Assembly: GCA_003132145.1 (NCBI GenBank)
Contig: PKWU01000045.1
Location: forward strand, 1,099-65,098
DNA: 64,000 bases
From: Granulicella sp.
Lineage (GTDB): Bacteria > Acidobacteriota > Terriglobia > Terriglobales > Acidobacteriaceae
Reading direction: 5' to 3'
Part shown: piece by piece, positions 56,632 through 64,000 of the stretch
Position numbering within the stretch: the first letter of the stretch is position 1
How the letters are laid out: each line of letters starts with the position of its first letter
Notes under the pieces: model-generated
The model's database searches: none
What the model saw: the letters and a program-made list of their open reading frames with translations, nothing else
What the model was told of the DNA's origin: nothing
Program-made: the position numbers and the translations under genes

Positions 56632-58275
56632 TCACGAGTCTTGCCGTGGCGCGCGTTGAAAGCTGCGGCTCCGCTCCGATTCTCGCTCGACCGCACGCCT
56701 CCGTCCCGACAATAACTCCTGCGCGCTGATGCTCCCGCAGATGCGTCCGCTCTCGCGATCGATCACAGGCATGTTCATCACCCGCGTGGTTGCCATCTCC
56801 TCTGCAACGGCGCGGCAGGTCTCATCCGCATAGGCGAAGATGTCGGGCAGCGTCGCTTGCAGGAGGCTCATCGCGAAGTCTTCGATGGACCCTGGCAGTT
56901 CCGTCATCACCTCCGCAACGATCACCGTTTCTAACGGGTCAACACCATACTCGCGCGACAGGTGATAGCCACGACGGCTGAGCTTTTCCGTCAGGATCGA
57001 TCGCGGCATAATCAGCGACGTCACAAGATAGGACGCAGTACACGCAAGCGCCAGCGGCAGCAGGGCCGGCAAAGCATGGGTCAACTCCAGCGAGAACAGA
57101 ATTGCCGTCAGCGGCACGCCCAGCGAGCCGGAGAGCATCGCCCCCATCGCCATCAACGCCCACAGAGCCTGTGTCTCGCCCGACATGTGCGCCAGCCGCG
57201 CCAGCGTCTCGCCAATGGCCGCGCCGATCATCAGCAACGGTGCCAGCACGCCGCCCGACGTTCCCGAACTCAGCGAAAAGGCCCACATCAGCGACTTGGC
57301 TACCAACAGTCCGAGTAGTAGACCCAGTGGCGCATTTCCGCGCAGCAGTTCTGCGATATTGTCGTACCCAACGCCGAGTCCGCGCGGAAAGAAGAATCCC
57401 CCCACTCCGATCCCGATCCCACCGATCGCAGGCCACCACATCCAATGCACACGCAGCCGACCGCAGAGATGCTCGAATGCGTCCTCGAAGCCATACATCA
57501 TGCGGCTCAGCCCAGCCGCCGCGAAGCCGACCAGTATCCCCAATGGGCCAGCAACCAGCATCGTCGGCCATAAGTGAATCGCCGTGTGCATCTCCACCGG
57601 GAAGAGCGGGCCAGCTCCAAGCCAACTGATGCGCAACGCGCCCGCCATGATGCTGGCCACCGCCACCGGAATCAGCGAGCGCGGTCGCCACTCGAAGAGC
57701 AGCAGCTCGACGGCCAGAAGAATTGCAGCCATCGGTGCCGCAAACGTCGCCGACATTCCCGCCGCCGCGCCTGCTACCAGTAGCGTAGTTCGTTCTGCAT
57801 CGGTCAGATGAAGCCACTGCGCCACCAGCGAGCCGAACGCTCCGCCGGTCATAATGATCGGCCCTTCCGCGCCAAACGGACCACCTGAGCCAATCGCGAT
57901 CGCGGCCGAAAGAGGCTTTAATATCGCGACCAAGGGGTCTATACGCGCGCCTCGTAGCAGGATCGCCTCAATTGCCTCTGGGATTCCGTGACCGCGAATC
58001 TTGTCCGATCCATAGTGCGCGATGAATCCCACCAGAAGCCCGCCAATAATGGGAACCAGCGGCATGATCCATGGAGAGAGGGGCGAACCGGCAGGCCCAA
58101 CCATCGCCAGGCTCAGCCGATGGTAGTAGAACAGGTTTGTCATGAGAGCAATCGCCCTCAGGAGCAGGACAGCCAAAGCTGCCGCGCCTATACCAATAAA
58201 GAGCGCTACCCCACTCAGCAGCCATACCCTGCGATTCACCGTAAAGTCGCACAGTGCGGATGGTTGTGATCTCAT
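56632..58275 (-). CDS. CLC-family chloride/proton channel with CBS-like tail
   Basis: GHGIPE, GSGGPFGAEGP, FEW, GTSGGVLAP. Confidence 0.92.
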   Translation of the reverse strand: MRSQPSALCDFTVNRRVWLLSGVALFIGIGAAALAVLLLRAIALMTNLFYYHRLSLAMVGPAGSPLSPWIMPLVPIIGGLLVGFIAHYGSDKIRGHGIPEAIEAILLRGARIDPLVAILKPLSAAIAIGSGGPFGAEGPIIMTGGAFGSLVAQWLHLTDAERTTLLVAGAAAGMSATFAAPMAAILLAVELLLFEWRPRSLIPVAVASIMAGALRISWLGAGPLFPVEMHTAIHLWPTMLVAGPLGILVGFAAAGLSRMMYGFEDAFEHLCGRLRVHWMWWPAIGGIGIGVGGFFFPRGLGVGYDNIAELLRGNAPLGLLLGLLVAKSLMWAFSLSSGTSGGVLAPLLMIGAAIGETLARLAHMSGETQALWALMAMGAMLSGSLGVPLTAILFSLELTHALPALLPLALACTASYLVTSLIMPRSILTEKLSRRGYHLSREYGVDPLETVIVAEVMTELPGSIEDFAMSLLQATLPDIFAYADETCRAVAEEMATTRVMNMPVIDRESGRICGSISAQELLSGRRRAVERESERSRSFQRAPRQDS

Positions 58276-58727
58276 CGAGTCTTCGAACCAGCAGAATCTT
58301 GCGCGGACATCCCGATGCGCTTCAACGCCTTCGCTAGGCGCGGTGCCATCTCTTTCAGCTCCCGTGCATGATCTCCAGCAAGCCTGTCCAGAAGCCGCTC
58401 GCCCTTGCGCGTCACTTGTAATATTGCCCGTCGCCGGTCTCTCGTATCCACAGTTCGTGTCAGCAGCCCTTCGCGTTCCGACCGGTTGACCAGCTCCACC
58501 ACGCTGTGGTGCCGCAGACTGAGCCGTTCTGCTGCATACGCGATCGTCACAGCCTCGCCCTCTGGCGCGCCCGCCACTTGCAACAGGAGCTGGTGCTGCT
58601 GCGGCTGTAGTCCTACAGCTACCGCCGCGCGTTCGCTGAAGTGAAGAAACTGACGCAATTCATAACGAAACTCAGCCAGAGTCCTAAACAGCAATTGCGG
58701 ATCGGGTGCCTTTGATCGGGTCCTCAT
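58272..58727 (-). CDS. MarR-family regulator
   Basis: LAEFRYELRQF, LRHHSVVELVNR, DRRR. Confidence 0.9.
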   Translation of the reverse strand: MRTRSKAPDPQLLFRTLAEFRYELRQFLHFSERAAVAVGLQPQQHQLLLQVAGAPEGEAVTIAYAAERLSLRHHSVVELVNRSEREGLLTRTVDTRDRRRAILQVTRKGERLLDRLAGDHARELKEMAPRLAKALKRIGMSAQDSAGSKTR

Positions 58728-58730
58728 ATA

Positions 58731-58749
58731 TATATCGTTACACGATATA
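58731..58749. promoter_or_regulatory. Perfect palindrome TATATCGT-N3-ACGATATA, probable MarR autoregulatory operator
   Basis: Located 3 bp upstream of the marR ATG. Confidence 0.7.
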
Positions 58750-58862
58750 GAAGCTCCTGCAAACTCCTTGTACATCCCGATCGCCGGTAAACACCATGAA
58801 CTTCGCTTTCGGTCTACTGCATGTTCGATAGGATGCCTGAGTGGCCATCGCTCTCCGCCCGC

Positions 58863-58878
58863 AGTGACTTAAGTCCTA
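58863..58878 (+). promoter_or_regulatory. CRP-type box upstream of the membrane ferredoxin
   Basis: AGTGA-cttaag-TCCTA; -10 TATCGT at 58901. Confidence 0.78.
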
Positions 58879-58924
58879 CACGGAGCTTCTCTCTTTTGGG
58901 TATCGTGGACAGTAGAAGGATGCC

Positions 58925-60055
58925 ATGTCTACCGGAACCGCGTTTCCACTCGCAGCAACCACATCCGAAAGACTCCCCGCGAAACAGAGAAAGCCTCTCG
59001 TACGCCGCATTTTGCGTGACCGCTCGCAGCAGGTCCGCCGCTCGGTGCAGCTCGCGTTTCTTATGTTGAATGCGTGGATCGCGGTGGAGTTCCTGATGTG
59101 GGTGCGCTACTTTGAGAGTCAGGGCCAGACTCGCTATGTTGAACGCCCGGCGGGGGTGGATGGATGGCTTCCCATTGCAGGCCTGATGAATCTGAAGTAC
59201 TTTATTGTGACCCATCATGTCCCGGCGGTCCATCCCGCGGCGATGGTACTGGTCGCCATATTTCTGCTATCGAGCCTGCTGCTGAAAAAGACGTTCTGCT
59301 CCTGGCTCTGCCCCGTGGGCACGATCTCCGAGGGCCTGTGGAAGCTCGGCCGCAAACTTTTTTACCGCAACTTCACTGTGCCCCGTTGGCTCGATCTCCC
59401 CCTGCGCAGCCTGAAATATCTGCTGATGGCCTTCTTCGTCTTCATTGTGATCAGCATGTCGGCAGAGGCCCTGAACGACTTCCTGATTGCGCCCTTTGGC
59501 ATCATTGCAGACGTCAAGATGCTCAACTTCTTCCGCGAAATTAGCCTGCTTGGGATGGCAGTCCTTGCGTTGCTAATGTTGCTCTCTGTCGTTATCCAGA
59601 ACTTCTGGTGCCGGTTTCTCTGTCCCTATGGGGCGTTGATGGGCATCGTCTCCACGTTGAGTCCGGTGAAGATTCGTCGCGATGCGCAGGCCTGCATCGA
59701 CTGCGGCAAGTGCAATAAGGCCTGCCCATCCAGCCTTCCGGTGGACCAGCTGCTACAGATTCGGTCCGTGGAGTGCACCAGTTGCATGGAGTGCGTCGCG
59801 GTCTGTCCGGCAGAGAACGCGCTGCAGCTCTCCCTGCCGCCGCGCAGGCACAACGACCGCGCTGAGTCTGTGAGAAGTGCATCTGCCGCTCGCTGGCGAT
59901 ATCGCGCGCTCGATCCACGGCAAGTTGCGGCGATTCTGGCGATCATCTTCTTCGGACTGATCGGGATGGCTCGCGCAACCGGACACTGGCAAACCCATGT
60001 TTCGCGCGATATGTATATGCAATTGGTGCCCCATGCGGATGAATACGGCCATTAG
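58925..60055 (+). CDS. Membrane 4Fe-4S binding protein (NapH/MauN-like)
   Basis: FCSWLCPVG, WCRFLCPYG, CIDCGKCNKACP, CTSCMECVAVCP. Confidence 0.9.
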   Translation: MSTGTAFPLAATTSERLPAKQRKPLVRRILRDRSQQVRRSVQLAFLMLNAWIAVEFLMWVRYFESQGQTRYVERPAGVDGWLPIAGLMNLKYFIVTHHVPAVHPAAMVLVAIFLLSSLLLKKTFCSWLCPVGTISEGLWKLGRKLFYRNFTVPRWLDLPLRSLKYLLMAFFVFIVISMSAEALNDFLIAPFGIIADVKMLNFFREISLLGMAVLALLMLLSVVIQNFWCRFLCPYGALMGIVSTLSPVKIRRDAQACIDCGKCNKACPSSLPVDQLLQIRSVECTSCMECVAVCPAENALQLSLPPRRHNDRAESVRSASAARWRYRALDPRQVAAILAIIFFGLIGMARATGHWQTHVSRDMYMQLVPHADEYGH

Positions 60056-60065
60056 ATCCATCCAG

Positions 60066-60770
60066 CTAAGGCATTGGCGTCAGAAGCGCACTGAGACCCT
60101 TCTTGTCCTTCACTACAATTTCGCGGGCATCCACATCCAGCAGGCCTTCAGCCTGCAGCCGCATCAGGTTGCGCGAGATTAGTTCGCGCACGGTTCCAAG
60201 CTGGTTGGCCAACTCCTGGTGGCTGGCGGGCAGCAGGAATTCGATGCCGCGCCCGGTCTGCTTGCCTTCGCTCTCCGCGAGACGCAGCAGGGTAGAAATA
60301 AGCCGCTGACGGATGGTGGTGAATGAAAGCTCCTCGATGATGCCGACCAGCCGCCGCAGGCGAGCACCCACTACGGCCAACACCTTGAGCGCAACTGCGG
60401 GGTGCTCCATGCAGTAAGCCTGAAAGTCGCGCCGCGGGATGAAGGCAATCTCAGCGTCTTCAACGGCCATCGCGGACGCGGGGTATGGCCCGCCGTCAAA
60501 GACTGGCAACTCGGCGACAGACTCGCCGGGATGGTTTATGGCCAACACCTGTTCGCGGCCGCCAAGCGATGTCTTGAAGATGCGAATCTTGCCACGCGCG
60601 ATGATGTGCAGGCCATGGCAGAGCTCACCCTCGGTGAAGAGCAGTTCCCCGGCGCGAAACGGCTTGCGCACGGTGCGGGCAGCCAGCAGTTGTATCTCTG
60701 CCGGGGTCAGGTTTGACAGTAGCGCGGTCTTTCCCAGGACAGCCGCCAGACCCATGCGTTCAGTGCTCAT
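60066..60770 (-). CDS. Crp/Fnr-family regulator (HcpR/DNR-like context)
   Basis: cNMP-binding fold; HTH SHQELANQLGTVRELISR; no FNR Cys cluster. Confidence 0.93.
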   Translation of the reverse strand: MSTERMGLAAVLGKTALLSNLTPAEIQLLAARTVRKPFRAGELLFTEGELCHGLHIIARGKIRIFKTSLGGREQVLAINHPGESVAELPVFDGGPYPASAMAVEDAEIAFIPRRDFQAYCMEHPAVALKVLAVVGARLRRLVGIIEELSFTTIRQRLISTLLRLAESEGKQTGRGIEFLLPASHQELANQLGTVRELISRNLMRLQAEGLLDVDAREIVVKDKKGLSALLTPMP

Positions 60771-60879
60771 GTAGGAAAGTCTAGCAGCGCGCGTTGGTGT
60801 GTGTTGAGACAACGAGGCTAATGACGCGATGCCCGGAGAGGCAATCTACTCCGGGCATCGACGATCATGCATCGCACCA

Positions 60880-62523
60880 TTACGCAAGCATCGCGGCAAG
60901 GTCTGCATCCGCCGTAGTGATGGCCATCAGGTTGAACTTCTCATTCAGCAGCGCAAGCACGCCAGGCGAGAGGAACGCAGGAAGCGTTGGCCCGATGCGC
61001 ATGTTGCGCACGCCCAGGTGGAGCAGCGTAAGCAGCACAGCGACGGCCTTCTGCTCGTACCACGACAGCACCAGCGACAGCGGTAGATCATTCACGCCAC
61101 AATCGAAGGCCTTGGCCAGCGCGAGTGCAATCTGTAGCGCCGAGTAGGTATCGTTGCATTGTCCAACGTCGAGCAGCCGAGGCAGTCCGCCGATCTCGCC
61201 AAAGTCAAGCTTGTTGAAGCGGAACTTGCCGCATGCCAGGGTCAGGATGAGGCAGTCCTTCGGAATCGACTCAGCCAGCTCCGTATAGTAGCTACGCCCG
61301 GGACGTGCCCCGTCGCAACCGCCAATGAGGAAGAAGTGGCGAATCGCACCGGCCTTCACCGCATCGATCACGCGGTTGGCCACGCTGAGCACTGCATTGT
61401 GTCCGAAGCCGACCGTAATCTCCTCGCCAGAGCCGTCTTCCGCGTAGCCCGGAGCAAGCAGGGCCGCCGCAATCACCGCGCTGTAGTCCTGATCCGCGAT
61501 GTGCTGCACCCCCGGCCATGCCACCGCACCCGAAGTAAAGATGCGCTGCTTGTAGGCAATCGCAGGCTGCTGAATGCAGTTGGAGGTCATCAGTATTGCG
61601 CCGGGAAATTCGGCAAACTCATCGGCCTGATCGGTCCATGCACCACCGTAGTTCCCCGCCAGATGCTCATATGCCTTGAGCTTCGGATAGCCGTGTGCGG
61701 GCAGCATCTCGCCGTGCGTGTAAACCTGAATGCCGAGCCCCTTCGTCTGTTCCAGCAACGCATAAAGATCGTGCAGATCGTGCCCCGAGACCAGAATCGC
61801 CTTTCCCTTGCGCGCATGAAGCCGAACCTTCGTTGGCTGTGGATGGCCAAACGTTTCAGTATGCGCCTTGTCCAGAATCTCCATAACGCGGTAGTTCAAT
61901 TCGCCGACAGCGAGCGCAGTGGCAAGAAGCTCTTCGACCGTGGGTGCAGAATGGGTGAGGAAGTCGAGGATCTCGTGAATCTTCGCAAACGTCAGCGGAT
62001 CGCCCGCGCCCAGCGCCAGTGCATGCACTGCGTAAGCCGCCACTCCCTTGATTCCGTAGAGCACCAGTTCCTGCAGGTTGGATATCTCTTTTCCATCTGT
62101 CAGAAACCGCGCGGGAAGAAGAACCTGCTTGCCCTGTGCGAGTAATCCATCCAGCGTTGAAGCAGGGATCCATGCAGCCGCACCACCAAGCTCGACCGGC
62201 ACAACGCCCGCCTCGACCGCCGCGCGCTCATACAGATCGCGCGCCGCATCGCGCGTCGCAATCGCCTTAGCAATCAGCCCCACCAGCCGCTCTGGATCGA
62301 AGTTGACGTTGGTCATCGTAGCGAAGACCGCCTGAATCGTAAACGCATCGATCTCTGGGTCGGATGCGCCCTGCTGTCGCGCGCGATACGCGTACATGGA
62401 GATACCCTTGACGGCATGAATCAACAGATCCTGAAGTGTTGCCGTGGTCTCGTCTTTGCCACAGACACCAATCGTCTGACAGCCTACGCCCTGGGAAGTC
62501 TGTTCACACTGGTAGCAAAACAT
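60880..62523 (-). CDS. hcp: Hybrid cluster protein (hydroxylamine/NO reductase)
   Basis: MFCYQCEQT...C...GVCGK, THGEMLPAH, GQCND, SWYEQKA. Confidence 0.97.
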   Translation of the reverse strand: MFCYQCEQTSQGVGCQTIGVCGKDETTATLQDLLIHAVKGISMYAYRARQQGASDPEIDAFTIQAVFATMTNVNFDPERLVGLIAKAIATRDAARDLYERAAVEAGVVPVELGGAAAWIPASTLDGLLAQGKQVLLPARFLTDGKEISNLQELVLYGIKGVAAYAVHALALGAGDPLTFAKIHEILDFLTHSAPTVEELLATALAVGELNYRVMEILDKAHTETFGHPQPTKVRLHARKGKAILVSGHDLHDLYALLEQTKGLGIQVYTHGEMLPAHGYPKLKAYEHLAGNYGGAWTDQADEFAEFPGAILMTSNCIQQPAIAYKQRIFTSGAVAWPGVQHIADQDYSAVIAAALLAPGYAEDGSGEEITVGFGHNAVLSVANRVIDAVKAGAIRHFFLIGGCDGARPGRSYYTELAESIPKDCLILTLACGKFRFNKLDFGEIGGLPRLLDVGQCNDTYSALQIALALAKAFDCGVNDLPLSLVLSWYEQKAVAVLLTLLHLGVRNMRIGPTLPAFLSPGVLALLNEKFNLMAITTADADLAAMLA

Positions 62524-62588
62524 CGTGTATACCGTCCTGATCTAAATTGAGCAGCAACCCGATCCTATGGACGGCATGGTGCGATTAC

Positions 62589-62604
62589 AGCGACTTAAGT
62601 CACT
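62589..62604 (-). promoter_or_regulatory. CRP-type box upstream of hcp
   Basis: Minus strand AGTGA-cttaag-TCGCT; -10 TAGGAT at 62567-62562. Confidence 0.82.
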
Positions 62605-62645
62605 CGGAAGCATGGGAACAGCGATTCCATTTCAACTTTGCACGG

Positions 62646-62661
62646 AGTGACTAAAGTCGCT
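62646..62661 (+). promoter_or_regulatory. CRP-type box upstream of ric
   Basis: AGTGA-ctaaag-TCGCT; -10 TATGGT at 62683. Confidence 0.82.
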
Positions 62662-62707
62662 GCAATCCAAACCGGTGCTCTCTATGGTGATTACAAGGGA
62701 GACCATC

Positions 62708-63496
62708 ATGACAGACCCCACACAGACCGTTCGCGAGATTGCACTGGAACAACCGACCTCGATCCGGGTATTCGAGCACTATGGGATTGGCTACTGCTGC
62801 GGTGGGCGCAAGCCGCTCGCCGAGGCATGCGCAGCCAGCAATCTTGAAGTGGAGGCGGTGCTTGCCGCATTGGAGAATGCAGCCAAGAGTTCAGTTTCAA
62901 CAACGGAAGAGTGGTCGCAAGTCTCACTGGAGAAGCTGAGCGGGCACATCGTAGCCACGCATCACGCGTACGTGAAGAGCGAACTGCCCCGGCTGGCTGT
63001 TTTGGCACAGAAGGTGGTTCTTCGCCACGGCGATACGCAGGCCGAGCTTCCGCTGATCCAGACCAAACTCGCGCAACTGGACGAGGAACTGAGTCAGCAC
63101 CTGTTGAAGGAAGAGGCCGTTCTGTTTCCCTACGTGGTCAAGCTGGAGCGTGCATTAAAGACCGGCAGCGCGATGCCGCATGGATGCTTTGGCACAGTGG
63201 CCAACCCGATCGCCATGATGACGGCGGAGCACGATGCGGCCCACGCGCTCATCGCCGACATTCACCAGCTCAGCAATCATTACGTCACCCCAGTCGGCGC
63301 ATGCCCCACATATCACGCGTTCTACGACGGCCTGAAGGAGTTCGAGCAGGATCTTTGCCAGCACATTCACCTGGAAAACGACATTCTGTTTCCCCGTGCG
63401 ATTCAACTGGAGACAGGGCCCCCCAAACCAACAGATAGCTGGAAAACCGCCTGTGGTAGTTCGATCCCAGCGGAAGTCGTGAATAAGTTGAGCTAA
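62708..63496 (+). CDS. ric: Iron-sulfur cluster repair di-iron protein (RIC/ScdA/YtfE)
   Basis: YCCGG, HHAY, HLLKEEAVLFP, EH, HIHLENDILFP. Confidence 0.95.
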   Translation: MTDPTQTVREIALEQPTSIRVFEHYGIGYCCGGRKPLAEACAASNLEVEAVLAALENAAKSSVSTTEEWSQVSLEKLSGHIVATHHAYVKSELPRLAVLAQKVVLRHGDTQAELPLIQTKLAQLDEELSQHLLKEEAVLFPYVVKLERALKTGSAMPHGCFGTVANPIAMMTAEHDAAHALIADIHQLSNHYVTPVGACPTYHAFYDGLKEFEQDLCQHIHLENDILFPRAIQLETGPPKPTDSWKTACGSSIPAEVVNKLS

Positions 63497-63583
63497 TAGT
63501 GCAGTGAATCAGCCCCCGAGCGATTTCGCAGGGAATTGAATAAGCTCAGTCCAATACGCGGGAAGAGGCACTGGTGAGACGAT

Positions 63584-63697
63584 TAGAGCATTTTCGGTAA
63601 TGGTGTAGTCCGTTGTGGAGCGAGCAACAGCAGATTCCTCCGCTTCGCTACGGAATGACAAACAAAATTGGTCTATAGCAATTCCGAAAATGCTCTA
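63584..63697. mobile_element. 114-bp TA-flanked MITE variant containing a family-A repeat
   Basis: TA-GAGCATTTTCGG...CCGAAAATGCTC-TA. Confidence 0.75.
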
Positions 63698-63716
63698 GTG
63701 CAAACACGCCAAAAAA

Positions 63717-63776
63717 GGACTTAAAATCCGCAGACCGTAACAGGTCGTGGGAGTTCAAGTCTCCCTCCGGGCACCA
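63717..63776 (+). pseudogene. 3' fragment of tRNA-Leu(TAA), probable att site
   Basis: GGA-CTTAAAA-TCCGC, variable arm GACC/GGTC, T arm GGGAG-TTCAAGT-CTCCC, TCCGGGC-ACCA. No 5' acceptor strand or D arm upstream. Confidence 0.85.
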
Positions 63777-63827
63777 TGGGACCATCGTTCAACGACAGCT
63801 TACTGCCACAAAACAAAACCATCGGGC

Positions 63828-64000
63828 CTAGATCCACTTCTTCCACAGCAGCCAGACCTTCACGGTCTGGGTAAGGCCTGCGTAGGCAAGCAGCGTCAGC
63901 AGCAGGAGGGGCCAGTAGAGCGCAGGCAGGTGTATGAGGCCCAGCGAAGAGGCCAGCGGGGAGAACGGAAGCCACGCTCCGAAGGCCATGATGGCCACTG
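63828..64000 (-). CDS. mgtA: C-terminus of a Mg2+-translocating P-type ATPase, partial
   Basis: VAIMAFGAWLPFSPLASSLGLIHLPALYWPLLLLTLLAYAGLTQTVKVWLLWKKWI*. Confidence 0.8.
   Translation of the reverse strand, partial: VAIMAFGAWLPFSPLASSLGLIHLPALYWPLLLLTLLAYAGLTQTVKVWLLWKKWI

Noticed and set aside
60066-60770. Oxygen-sensing FNR
   Set aside because: Lacks the N-terminal Cys cluster, and the recognition helix is CRP-like (RE...R).
63690-63776. Intact tRNA-Leu
   Set aside because: No GCCCGGA 5' acceptor strand or D arm upstream, including on the far side of the MITE; reported as a fragment.

Overview
GC-rich chromosomal segment, probably from an Acidobacteriota genome (inferred from TIGR03435-like and acidobacterial VWA-type proteins and the repeat families). 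Left to right: a partial DHA2 MFS exporter; a dnaK-dnaJ-hspR heat-shock region interrupted by two paralogous ~56-aa proteins and two orphan antitoxins; an HpnI-like glycosyltransferase; two ArnT/GT39-like paralogs carrying translated palindromic repeats; ppx, sixA, tRNA-Arg and trigger factor; a Tad/Flp pilus locus with four pilins and a secretin-SPOR fusion; rocD and tRNA-Gln; a YtrA-type GntR/ABC operon; two TIGR03435-like genes, a TonB-type receptor and a VWA protein; and an ~11 kb nitric-oxide-defence block (NnrS-like pseudogene, qNor, cupins, CLC channel, MarR, membrane ferredoxin, Crp/Fnr regulator, hcp, ric) ending at a tRNA-Leu 3' fragment, then the 3' end of mgtA. The strongest observations not captured by gene labels are: (1) a four-site CRP-type box about 41.5 bp upstream of the predicted transcription start of each NO-defence promoter; (2) different palindromic repeats translated in frame in the same two loops of both ArnT paralogs; (3) uniform strand orientation of all palindromic repeats; (4) a TA-flanked ~115-bp MITE sitting in stop codons; (5) several unannotated microproteins. 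No CRISPR array, integrase or transposase was seen. Family assignments come from motif recognition, not database searches.
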